From positions 5,979 through 69,978 of the forward strand of contig JAKUUI010000005.1 in NCBI GenBank assembly GCA_022448485.1: 64,000 bases of DNA, written 5' to 3'. The position numbers were made by a program, and so were the translations under genes. Of this stretch, positions 19,335-28,349 are shown one piece after another. Below the pieces are notes generated by a model. The model worked only from the letters and a program-made list of their open reading frames with translations, was not told the origin of the DNA and searched no databases. The stretch comes from SAR324 cluster bacterium (GTDB taxonomy: Bacteria > SAR324 > NAC60-12). The stretch's first letter is position 1; each line of letters starts with the position of its first letter.

Positions 19335-19958
19335 ATGTCCACAAACTCTGACCAAGTCAAAAAAGAATTGCAGAACATTGAGATTGCCATCGAGTTGGAT
19401 CGGGGTAAAAATATTGTTGAAGTAGCCGAAATGTTTGGGGTAAAAATACCGTTTGTGAAAGCCATTGCCGAAAAAACAGCGTCTTTAGATCTAAAGACAA
19501 AAACGGCAAAGATTAGACGGTTTTCTGAAGCAGAACGTGAGGTACTGGTTGGAAGAATAGAATCCGGTGAATCTTTGGAAGATATTGCGGCGGAAGCTGG
19601 TGTAACGGGAAGCACATTACGCCGTTGGTGTAAGCAGTGTGGGGTAAATGTTCCAAGAAGGCTTGAACAAATCAGTCTTGCAGAGCAAAAAGAAATAAGG
19701 GAGTTGCTGGAAGAACAAGACTTGCGGGAAATTGCTCGAGCTTACAACATTAGTCGTGACGCAACTGAAGAGCTCAGAGAACCTGCACATAGCCATCTCA
19801 ATGCTGAATCTCTCAGTTATTTATTTGAACTGCTTAGAGAACTGCCAAGTGCTTCATCAAAAAAACTTTGTGGAATTGCAAAAGGTGCAGGGCTGGATAT
19901 TCCGGAATCTGCTGTGAGTTCTTACAGGAAAAGACTGCAATCACTGAAAATTATCTAA
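19335..19958 (+). CDS. Protein with multiple tandem helix-turn-helix motifs
   Basis: GKNIVEVAEMFGV, GESLEDIAAEAGVTGSTLRRW, LREIARAYNISR, plus a C-terminal HTH-like segment. Confidence 0.75.
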   Translation: MSTNSDQVKKELQNIEIAIELDRGKNIVEVAEMFGVKIPFVKAIAEKTASLDLKTKTAKIRRFSEAEREVLVGRIESGESLEDIAAEAGVTGSTLRRWCKQCGVNVPRRLEQISLAEQKEIRELLEEQDLREIARAYNISRDATEELREPAHSHLNAESLSYLFELLRELPSASSKKLCGIAKGAGLDIPESAVSSYRKRLQSLKII

Positions 19959-20290
19959 TTGCCTAACTGGTTTTGCTTGGAATCCATACTCCTCAGGAGA
20001 GCAGCGATTTCGTTCAATTCTCGAATTTGCGGCAACTCAGTATTCCCTGTAACTGTGGACGAAATATTAATTGCATCCTGGATTGAACTCTCATACTGGT
20101 ACCTTCCACTGTCAACTTCTTTCTCAGCTTTTCTGAGGTTCAAAGTTTCAGCATTATCCTTTGAGTCGGAAGTTCGTACGATCTTAATTACCGCTTCGCT
20201 GCGTAATCCTTTCAGCATGGTAATTACGTCAGAGACGCCAATGCGCTTCTTCGTATCTACTTTAAGGCTAACTCTATTTTCAGCACCCAT
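19955..20290 (-). CDS. Hypothetical protein
   Basis: 111-aa ORF with protein-like composition, ATG preceded by GAGA, convergent 4-bp overlap with the HTH gene. Confidence 0.6.
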   Translation of the reverse strand: MGAENRVSLKVDTKKRIGVSDVITMLKGLRSEAVIKIVRTSDSKDNAETLNLRKAEKEVDSGRYQYESSIQDAINISSTVTGNTELPQIRELNEIAALLRSMDSKQNQLGN

Positions 20291-20497
20291 TTCTCAGTTT
20301 CTCAATTATTCAGCATTTAAAGGCCTCCTGTACCACAATTACTCGCAAAGTTCATACCACAATTCTAAAAAAACTTTTTTCTATTCCTTCTCCACACAAA
20401 AAGTTCTGTATTTTAAATGTAAGTCAAATCAGCTCTTATAATTCAGATCTTGTTTACAGAAAAACTTTAAACCCTATCCCCTTTCCAGTTGGTTAAT

Positions 20498-23400
20498 TCA
20501 AGGCAAGCAGTTATCCGGACAGGCGTATTGTTGTTTAAATTTTGCAATTGACAAAATTTTAACTCCCGCAGACATTCCAGCATCATGGTCTCTTCCGGAC
20601 ATTCTTAAAATCAGCTTGCGTTGTTTGGATGGTAACAAATAGCTTCGTACAACATTTTGAATGTCTGCCAGTGTAAGTCTTTCCAAAGCTGTAATCTCTT
20701 TACTGTTTTCATCAAACTTAGCATTTCGTTCAAAAGCAAGCGTAAAGAGTCGTCCAGCTTCACCTGTTACGGAAGTACTCTTTTGCAATTTACTGTGAAG
20801 TACGGATTTTTTGATTTTGTCAAGTTCTTCATCAGTAAGGTTATCTAAGGATTTGTAGAACTTTTCAAGAAAGGCCTCCATCCTTTTCTCCAAAATTTCC
20901 ACATTGTACTCTCCAGACTGAATGATAAAAATCAAACCCAATGTTTTTTCGAGTATGGTCATGCCAGAATTGACAATGTAGCCCAGCTGCTGACTGGTAC
21001 GCAATTCGTTATAAAACTGCGGTTGCATTATATTGTCGATCACCATCAAGGCAACTTGCAATTTCGGGCTGTGTTGCCCAATTTGAACGTCCGTCACTAA
21101 TGCGGAATTTTCGACCTGCATTTTACGAGTGAAGGTATGGGATTTGCCTTGAGAAACCTGGCGAACACTTGCCAAAAACCGTTTTCCTTCAGGCAAAGTT
21201 TTTTCCCCCAGTTTCTCACGCAATACTTTAACTGCATCACGCACCGGTTTCACACGGAGATTACCATAAACAAATCCCTCAATATAAAGTTGGTCAAATA
21301 GTTTTTTTGCAAATTTCTTTACTTGATCGAGCCGTATTTTTTTTATTTCTTTTTCATAGTCCATAATCGAAAATTTCTTCCCTTCCAGCAGCAAACTCCT
21401 AAAATAGAAGGCCTGATGATAAGGCTGTTGAAAATAAAAATTCTGATAGCGGCGCAGACGAACTTCCTTGAGGTTGTTGAAAGTTTTTTTATCAATCGTG
21501 ATCGTTTTCAAACGGCTCGCAACTGTTTTTACCAATTCCTGTATCCGATCTGAGTAGCCGCTGAAAGTGAGATTTATTCCCTTTTTGTCCACATTGATTC
21601 CATATTCCATGCCTGCCAAACGGACGGGATATCCAAATTCATTGAGTCCCTCACGGATAGCATCCGTATAAAGTTGTGACAAGACGGCATTGCGCGGAGA
21701 AGAATAAACATGCGGAGAATTAATCCGTAACATCAAATGCGCTTTCGGAGTTTCAAAACGAAAATCCTGCTGAAACCAAATTTTACCAAACTCATTATCC
21801 TGTATAATTATCGGGTTCCCCAATGCGTGTTTACGCAATAATTCCCGTAAAGCTCCTGCATAAACTGCTTTTGGTGGAATATCTGCTGAGGTCAGCAACT
21901 CGTCCCACGACTTCCATAATTTTCCCTGAGAGCGTTCAAAACGTTTCAGCACTCCTGCACTAAGCCCTTCTTGCTGCAGTCCCACAATCGATTGATGAGT
22001 AAGTTTTACGGTGCCTTGAAAAGCTAACACTTCCAGGCCTTCCGGCAAAAACGGATTTGCTTCCGGAAGATTCAATGCAGAATGAGTTTTTGAGTTGCGC
22101 CATTTAATGACCCACTTCGGATTACTGTAAGTCAGTGAATACTCAACACCATAATACTCTTCCTTTTCAGTTGTTTTGACTTCCCGTGCAGCCAAAATAG
22201 CCAGCATATTTTCAGGAATCAAACTGTAGAGCATGCTGTCAAAAATGCGTGGTTTGAACTCAGTAATCAGGTACGGATCAATTTCAACAGTGCGCAAAGG
22301 GTAGTACATCATCAGCGTGGAAAAAACATTGACTAGGGTTGTGCCTTCAGGCTTTTCCGCAAACCTGTAGTCTACCTCGGACATCCGTTTTACTTCTTCA
22401 AAAACAGTACGGGGAAGCCCTGTTTTCCGCAGTAAACGCAAATATTGAAAAACACGCTGGATGACTATTGAATAGTTCTGGAGCCCCTTGGGAGTTAGCT
22501 GAATATTTACATCAAAACTAGAAAAAGATTTGTTTGAATCTCCACCTCCTGCAGATAAGCCGGTAGCCAGATTTTCCTGTTTCAGTAACGAAAGCAAACT
22601 GCCTTTGCCTTCGTGCCCCAGTAAAAATCCCAACATTCCTAAGGGCTGGCTTTTGTAATAATGAAGAGTACGTGATAAAGGAAACATCAATGTCAGCGAG
22701 CGTGTGTCCTTGACAGTTTTAACACGCATTAAGCGAAATCGCGGATCACGTTTCATAAATTTTGTCGAAACCCGAATTTCCGACAGGCTGCGGTTTTTCA
22801 CTGAATCGAAACGTGGAACGACCCAAGCCTGCAAAGTGTCCAAATCCTGTGGTCCTGCTACAGCCAGCATCATCCGATTACTTGAATAATGCTTTTTATA
22901 AAAAGTCAGCAATTCCCCTCTGGTTACATTCTCCAGAGTTTCCAATGTACCGGTGGCAAAATGTCTGGCTGGATGTCCTGCTTCATAAGCTTTGCGTTTC
23001 ACTTGCCTAATTCTGCGGAAATCATTTGGAATGTTTTTGGAGTGTTCTGAATTCACAGCTTTCAGTTCGCGTTCCACGAGTTCCTGATTGAACAGAGGAG
23101 CCAAAAAGAATTGTGAGAAACGGTCCAGACCTTCTTCAAAATAATCCGGATCAACTTCGAAGTGATAATTGGTACGGTCATCGGCAGTATAGGCATTACT
23201 GAATCCATCATGCGTCGAAACAAATTTCTGATAGCTACCCTCATCAGGATATTTCTCAGTTCCCAGAAATAGCATGTGTTCCAGAAAGTGAGCCAACCCA
23301 AATCGTTCCTTTGGGTCACTCATCGAGCCGACTGCAACCGTCAAGGAAGACGCACTTCGCTGCATGGTCGGATCTGAAATCAGAATTACTTTCATTTGGT

Positions 23401-23533
23401 TTGGAAGCAAAAAGCGACGGTATTGGCGTTGAGGATAACGAGGATCAGAATTATCCAATCCTCCACCACAAACTAAATCAGAAAATCCTCCCAAAAAACA
23501 AATTGTTAAGAATAGTGTCAGAATTTTTCGCAT
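20498..23533 (-). CDS. ptrA: M16A insulinase/pitrilysin-family zinc protease, exported
   Basis: Signal peptide, inverted zinc motif HFLEHMLFLG, NAYT, AVNSEH, C-terminal FYNELRT.QQLGY. Confidence 0.92.
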   Translation of the reverse strand: MRKILTLFLTICFLGGFSDLVCGGGLDNSDPRYPQRQYRRFLLPNQMKVILISDPTMQRSASSLTVAVGSMSDPKERFGLAHFLEHMLFLGTEKYPDEGSYQKFVSTHDGFSNAYTADDRTNYHFEVDPDYFEEGLDRFSQFFLAPLFNQELVERELKAVNSEHSKNIPNDFRRIRQVKRKAYEAGHPARHFATGTLETLENVTRGELLTFYKKHYSSNRMMLAVAGPQDLDTLQAWVVPRFDSVKNRSLSEIRVSTKFMKRDPRFRLMRVKTVKDTRSLTLMFPLSRTLHYYKSQPLGMLGFLLGHEGKGSLLSLLKQENLATGLSAGGGDSNKSFSSFDVNIQLTPKGLQNYSIVIQRVFQYLRLLRKTGLPRTVFEEVKRMSEVDYRFAEKPEGTTLVNVFSTLMMYYPLRTVEIDPYLITEFKPRIFDSMLYSLIPENMLAILAAREVKTTEKEEYYGVEYSLTYSNPKWVIKWRNSKTHSALNLPEANPFLPEGLEVLAFQGTVKLTHQSIVGLQQEGLSAGVLKRFERSQGKLWKSWDELLTSADIPPKAVYAGALRELLRKHALGNPIIIQDNEFGKIWFQQDFRFETPKAHLMLRINSPHVYSSPRNAVLSQLYTDAIREGLNEFGYPVRLAGMEYGINVDKKGINLTFSGYSDRIQELVKTVASRLKTITIDKKTFNNLKEVRLRRYQNFYFQQPYHQAFYFRSLLLEGKKFSIMDYEKEIKKIRLDQVKKFAKKLFDQLYIEGFVYGNLRVKPVRDAVKVLREKLGEKTLPEGKRFLASVRQVSQGKSHTFTRKMQVENSALVTDVQIGQHSPKLQVALMVIDNIMQPQFYNELRTSQQLGYIVNSGMTILEKTLGLIFIIQSGEYNVEILEKRMEAFLEKFYKSLDNLTDEELDKIKKSVLHSKLQKSTSVTGEAGRLFTLAFERNAKFDENSKEITALERLTLADIQNVVRSYLLPSKQRKLILRMSGRDHDAGMSAGVKILSIAKFKQQYACPDNCLP

Positions 23534-23710
23534 ATGAATTTCTCTTGTCGGTTATTTTTGATCATCAGCTATAATGCATTTCATTTTGAGAATATTTGTA
23601 AAAAAACGCAATTTGAAAGAAGGCGTTTTTGTATTGACTATCAAAGCATCCGTATTACGATACTTCAATATTTAAATTTTTTCCTGAATAACACAAAAGT
23701 GTAATCGAAA

Positions 23711-24134
23711 TTGAAACCAAAGTTAGAGACACTGATTTATGACGTGGACGGTACATTGGCCGATACAGAGAATCAAGGCCACCGAATTGCTTTCAATCGA
23801 GATTTCAGGGAAACAGGGCTTGACTGGGAATGAGAAGTTCCTCTTTATCAGGAGTTGTTGTCCGTTACAGGAAGGTAAGAGGCGGATGGAATGTTATTTG
23901 GACGAATACCTTCCCTCTTTTGAGCATCAGGATAATTTGCAGGTTTTTATTGCAGATATGCGCAAGTCAAAGTCTCGGCATTACACTGATTTGCCGGCAG
24001 AAGGGGCTGTCCCGCTACGTTCGGGAATAAAGCGGTTGATTTCTGAGGCACGAAAGCAGGGCTTACGCTTGGATCCAACTCAAACTTTACATCAACAAGC
24101 TGTTTCTAAAATAAGATCAGCCATCCTCCAATAA
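23711..24134 (+). pseudogene. cbbY: CbbY-like HAD phosphatase pseudogene
   Basis: From TTG 23711: [33 protein letters not shown] at 23831-23833 replaces the expected Trp. A +1 shift in VTG-GK follows, then PLRSGIKRLISEARKQGLRL. HAD motifs II-IV are missing. Confidence 0.8.
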
Positions 24135-24141
24135 ATAATCA

Positions 24142-24465
24142 ATGGAAAATAAAGAATATTTTGCACGAGCTTCTGAATTATTCAAGAGAGTCGAGGAAAA
24201 ACTTGATGAGTTTGAAGACGAAATTGACTATGACCCAAGCCCGGACAAGCTATTGGTCAGCTTTGAAGCGAGCGGGGAAAAAATTGTCATCAATACCCAA
24301 CGGGCAATTAAGGAAATCTGGCTGGCTGGAAATTCGCGAGCTTGGCACTTCCAATTTCAGCAAGAAAAAAATATCTGGTTTGCGAATGCTGAACAAGAAG
24401 AATTTTACCAGTGTTTAGCTAATTTAATCTCTGAAAACCTGGGACATGCTGTTTCTTTCAGCTAG
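24142..24465 (+). CDS. cyaY: Iron donor protein CyaY (frataxin)
   Basis: Acidic N-terminal helix, IVINTQRAIKEIWLA...WHF. Confidence 0.9.
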   Translation: MENKEYFARASELFKRVEEKLDEFEDEIDYDPSPDKLLVSFEASGEKIVINTQRAIKEIWLAGNSRAWHFQFQQEKNIWFANAEQEEFYQCLANLISENLGHAVSFS

Positions 24466-24499
24466 TACAGGAATGTGCATATTATCCGTTTAAATATTT

Positions 24500-24988
24500 C
24501 TAATCCTTTTTCCGGTAATCTCCAGATTTTCCTCCGGTTTTTTCCAGCAAATAAACAGACTCAATTACCATACATTTGGTAACCGATTTGCACATATCGT
24601 AGAAGGTTAAGGCAGCAACTGAGGCTGCTGTGAGGGCTTCCATCTCAACACCGGTACGACCAGTAGTTTTGGCTGTGACTTGAATTAAAGCATATTCTTC
24701 CTCCAACTCAATATCAACATCCACTCCAGAAAGAGGTAAAGGGTGACACATTGGAATCAATTCTGAGGTACGCTTTGCAGCTTGAATTCCTCCAATTACA
24801 GCTGTTTGCAAAACCGGACCTTTTTTTGTGCTTCCAGAAACTCTAAGCAGTTCCGCAAGTTCTGCACCTAAGTGCACACGAGCCACCGCAACTGCTTTAC
24901 GCTCAGTAACAGTTTTTTCGGAAATATCGACCATCCTTGGCAAATCACTTCCGGAAAGGTGAGTAAATTCGTTCGTTGAATCAGACAT
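24500..24988 (-). CDS. moaC: Cyclic pyranopterin monophosphate synthase MoaC
   Basis: FTHL..PRMVD.SEK..T.R.A.A, KKGPVL, LIPMCHPL, TGVEMEALTA, YDMCK, KTGGKSG. Confidence 0.96.
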   Translation of the reverse strand: MSDSTNEFTHLSGSDLPRMVDISEKTVTERKAVAVARVHLGAELAELLRVSGSTKKGPVLQTAVIGGIQAAKRTSELIPMCHPLPLSGVDVDIELEEEYALIQVTAKTTGRTGVEMEALTAASVAALTFYDMCKSVTKCMVIESVYLLEKTGGKSGDYRKKD

Positions 24989-25013
24989 GTTCTGGTGAAT
25001 GAACCGGTGAGTT

Positions 25014-25721
25014 TTATTGTTGGTAATTCCCAAAAGGAATCCAGCGAGAATCCTGCAAAATTTGAGCAGGCTGATACTCTGCTTTGTAATTCATTTTATG
25101 AGAATTTTCAATCCAATATCCTAAATATAACCAGCGAATATTGAGAAAACGTGCATACTCTATTTCATACAAAAGTGAAAAAACTCCCAGCCTCCTTGAT
25201 ACAAACTCCGGATCAAAAACAAAATAAACAGAACTGATTAATTCCGGCAAACGATCCAACCAGCCCAATCCAATCAGCTTATTTCCTAAATAGTAACGCA
25301 GGATTTCGGTCGGAACTGGAGTTTCGATCAAAAAATCAAAATACTCAATTTCCTCAACTGGGGACTCCGCATCGTGCCAATCTTTCTGGTATTGCTGATA
25401 AAGAGCAAAATCTTCCTGATTAAATTCTACTGGATGATGCTCAACACGCACTTCTTTGTTTTTTCTCCAAGTCCGACGTTGCCCTTTGTTTTGAGAAAAA
25501 TTTTGCACATCGATCCGAATCGGAATGCACGACTGACAGCCTGAGCATACAGGGCGATAAATGGAAAGTCCACTCCGGCGAAAGCCTTGATTAAGCAGAG
25601 AAGCGTAACCGTCTGCTGGGAGCTTACTGGTCTGGAAGGAAACATTGTGCCAAGAATAATCTTCCCGATATGGACAAGGCCCATTGTTAGTCTGATAAAG
25701 ATTTATCTGGCCTCCGCTCAT
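25014..25721 (-). CDS. bpt: Arginyl-tRNA-protein transferase family (bacterial Asp/Glu leucyltransferase)
   Basis: CPY, GFRRSG..YRP.C..C..C..IR, SSVYFVFDP, LGVFSLL.EI, YLGYWI....KM.YK..YQP. Confidence 0.9.
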   Translation of the reverse strand: MSGGQINLYQTNNGPCPYREDYSWHNVSFQTSKLPADGYASLLNQGFRRSGLSIYRPVCSGCQSCIPIRIDVQNFSQNKGQRRTWRKNKEVRVEHHPVEFNQEDFALYQQYQKDWHDAESPVEEIEYFDFLIETPVPTEILRYYLGNKLIGLGWLDRLPELISSVYFVFDPEFVSRRLGVFSLLYEIEYARFLNIRWLYLGYWIENSHKMNYKAEYQPAQILQDSRWIPFGNYQQ

Positions 25722-25770
25722 TTTCAATGTTCAGGAAAGAGGAATAAGGAAAAAGGCGAAAAGGACTTAA

Positions 25771-26742
25771 TCAGGACAATCCGGTGGCAATTACAGTCAT
25801 GGCAACTTCATCACCTGCTGCTTCAGAGAAGGTGGCCCCCCAGATCAACTCAACGTCTTCGTCAGCCATATCTTCAATGAGTGACATGGCTTCCTGAATT
25901 TCATAAGCGCTGGTGTCTTTTGGTCCACTGACATGTACCAAAATGCCTTTTGCTCCACGAATGTCTGTATCTTCCATGAGAGAACCATGCAAAGCATCCT
26001 CTACTGCATTCAATGCTCTGTCCTTCCCTTTCGCCACACCACGACCAATGACTGCTTTCCCCATTCCCTTCATTATGGTCTGCACATCTGCAAAATCGAC
26101 ATTGATGTCACCGACTCCGCTAAGCAGGAGAGTGATGCCTCTGATAGCGTTGATCAGCACCATATCAACCATGTGAAAAGCTTCAAGGAAGCTTGTATTC
26201 TGTGTGCTGGCATCGAGAAGTTTGTCGTTGGGAATAACCAGTAAAGTATCAGTAAATTCCCGGAGGCGTTCAACTCCAGCAAGCCCTGAATCCCTTCTTT
26301 TTGTGCCTTCAAAGGAAAAGGGAATGGTAACAATACCAACAGTCAGAATTTGCTTCTCTTTTGCCAGACGAGCGATAGTTGGAGCTGCACCGGTTCCTGT
26401 TCCACCGCCCATTCCGGCAGCAATGAAAATCATATTAGCACCTTCAACAGCTTCACTTAATTCTGTAAGACTCTCCTCGGCAGCACCTTCGCCTACTTCA
26501 GGGCGTGCTCCAGCTCCCATTCCGCGTGTTAGTTTTTTGCCAAGCTCTATCTTTTTATGTGATTTGTTACGCTTTAAGGCCTTGACATCCGTATTGCAAA
26601 TAATCGTCTCTACTTTGTCAAGATCTTCTTCTGCTATTTGCGTGACCACATTCCCTCCAGCTCCCCCGACACCGATTATTTTTATGTTTGGAATAAATGC
26701 TTCCTGAACGGGAGAAAATTGTGTAGTTTGTGTTTCTGCCAT
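25771..26742 (-). CDS. ftsZ: FtsZ homolog lacking the C-terminal linker and conserved tail
   Basis: GVGGAGGN, NTD, GMGAGARPEVG, tubulin signature AGMGGGTGTG, PFSFEG..R, T7 loop INVDFAD. The protein ends at TVIATGLS. Confidence 0.92.
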   Translation of the reverse strand: MAETQTTQFSPVQEAFIPNIKIIGVGGAGGNVVTQIAEEDLDKVETIICNTDVKALKRNKSHKKIELGKKLTRGMGAGARPEVGEGAAEESLTELSEAVEGANMIFIAAGMGGGTGTGAAPTIARLAKEKQILTVGIVTIPFSFEGTKRRDSGLAGVERLREFTDTLLVIPNDKLLDASTQNTSFLEAFHMVDMVLINAIRGITLLLSGVGDINVDFADVQTIMKGMGKAVIGRGVAKGKDRALNAVEDALHGSLMEDTDIRGAKGILVHVSGPKDTSAYEIQEAMSLIEDMADEDVELIWGATFSEAAGDEVAMTVIATGLS

Positions 26743-27194
26743 GAATTACAACTCAAAAAGAAATTAGGGATTAAAATTAAATCTGTTTTGAAATAAGATT
26801 GTACGTTGCGTAAAAATCACAGACTTAACTGATCGGTGAGGTGATCTCAATCAACTGCTTACGGTCGGCAATTTCGAAACCGTAAGGAAAATGGATCATG
26901 CATTAACGCGAAATTATACACTGAATGCATTAGACTATGGCAGATAACCATCAACAACCAGCCGTAAAGCTGAAAGTCGTCACTTCAAATAAAGGTCAAT
27001 TCCCCCATCTTTTTAATAAGGGAAAAACTTTTTCAAGATCAAACATGAAAATGCTAGCACAAAAAATATAGAATTTGTTGACTAAACCTTGCAACGATCC
27101 GTGAATCATGATATAGCTGTATTGTCGAATTTGCAAACCAAGAATTGTGGGTGGTTAAAAAACCGCTTCAATTCGCTTCTTTCTTGGAACTATT

Positions 27195-27344
27195 ATGATT
27201 TCTGAACAAGTTTTTTATCTCTTTCTCTTTCCCTGGATCGTTTTCATAGCCGCTGTTCCGGGTTCTGTAATGACATACATCTTCGCTGGCCTTGCGGCAC
27301 AATTACTTAATTATCTCCCAGAAAAAACTGGTGATGAAAAATAA
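27195..27344 (+). CDS. Small putative membrane protein (49 aa), not in the ORF track
   Basis: MISEQVFYLFLFPWIVFIAAVPGSVMTYIFAGLAAQLLNYLPEKTGDEK*: long hydrophobic stretch, charged tail, GGA upstream. Confidence 0.5.
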   Translation: MISEQVFYLFLFPWIVFIAAVPGSVMTYIFAGLAAQLLNYLPEKTGDEK

Positions 27345-27413
27345 TGAATCGGATGTTAAGCAAGCGTTTTGTATAGTTTGTCATCCATTCAATCTCTGCA
27401 GTTTGGAGGAGAC

Positions 27414-27809
27414 TTGAACCAGTATAGCGCAATGATCACCGATTTTCTGCATAACTGCGGAGAAGCGGAAAAAGAGTTCGTCAGCAGTCAGGAATGGTGG
27501 ATTATCAGTGGCTCTGTTAAGGTCCAGATTTTCCTCACAAACCTGGAGGACAATGCCGAACTGATTGTTGCATCAAATCTTTTTCAGTATCCAACTCAAA
27601 AAGCTGATATTAATGAATATTTACTGAAACTCAACGGTACACTGAAACTCAAAGGAGTGAGTTTTGGTATACGTAACAAGCAGCTGATTTTAAGCTATAT
27701 CCGTCCCGTTCAAGGGTTGGATCCTGAAGAACTTCAATGGATTATTGCCAGTATTGCAGTCATTGCCGATGAATACGACGATTTCCTGATTGAAAAGTTC
27801 AACATGTAG
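27414..27809 (+). CDS. YbjN / type III chaperone-like domain protein
   Basis: GGAGGAG immediately upstream, TTG start. W...GS..V.I, EYLLKLN, VSFGI, C-terminal IADEYDD.L..KF. Confidence 0.75.
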   Translation: MNQYSAMITDFLHNCGEAEKEFVSSQEWWIISGSVKVQIFLTNLEDNAELIVASNLFQYPTQKADINEYLLKLNGTLKLKGVSFGIRNKQLILSYIRPVQGLDPEELQWIIASIAVIADEYDDFLIEKFNM

Positions 27810-27836
27810 AACGTTATCTTCCTCTCTTTTTGTAGT

Positions 27837-28349
27837 ATGGCTGTCTTCTCTTCTCAATTTTACTGTTTTTACCCGTCTCCTTTGGGACAAATCAGGTTGA
27901 TTGAAATTCAAGAACACTTATCACAAGCAGATTTTGTTGAGGATCTTCCACAGGCTGAAAACATTTCCGAAACATTTAAGGAATCCTACTCCGCTTTCCT
28001 CCTGACCGTCTGCCAACAATTGGATGAATATTTTACCGGCATTCGACAAAAATTCGACCTGAAGTTAAAACCCCAAGGCACAGCTTTTCAGTGTTCTGCA
28101 TGGAATGCACTGCTTCGGGTACCCTATGGAGAAACCTGGAGTTACCTACAGCATGCCCAGGAGATCAAAAACCCGAAAGCCGTCCGGGCAATCGGCCAGG
28201 CAAACGCACGTAATCCTATTCCCATCATTATTCCATGTCACCGGGTAATTGGCAAAAACGGTGAGCTGACAGGTTATGCAGGAGGGTTAGGGCGTAAGGC
28301 GCAGTTACTTGAACTGGAGCGCCGTTTCAAGCACGGACAAAAGAATTAG
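27837..28349 (+). CDS. ogt: Methylated-DNA--protein-cysteine methyltransferase
   Basis: SPLG, GTAFQ..W.AL..VPYGET.SY, RAIGQANARNPIPIIIPCHRVIG, GYAGG. Confidence 0.95.
   Translation: MAVFSSQFYCFYPSPLGQIRLIEIQEHLSQADFVEDLPQAENISETFKESYSAFLLTVCQQLDEYFTGIRQKFDLKLKPQGTAFQCSAWNALLRVPYGETWSYLQHAQEIKNPKAVRAIGQANARNPIPIIIPCHRVIGKNGELTGYAGGLGRKAQLLELERRFKHGQKN

Noticed and set aside
19335-19958. IS element suggested by the transposase-like HTH
   Set aside because: No DDE catalytic ORF, terminal inverted repeats or target duplication seen.
19305-23645. Shared 12-mer ttgactatcaaa upstream of the HTH gene and of cbbY
   Set aside because: Spacing does not fit an FNR box, and 12-mer coincidences are expected in 64 kb of AT-rich DNA.
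2172-23833. In-frame TGA codons in dgkA and cbbY as evidence of recoding (Trp or selenocysteine)
   Set aside because: One TGA sits at an Arg position and the other at a Trp position, both genes also carry frameshifts, and TGA ends intact genes such as pheT, ispB and mak.
25771-26742. Magnetosome island suggested by an FtsZm-like truncated FtsZ
   Set aside because: No mam/mms genes are recognisable. The neighbours are housekeeping genes.
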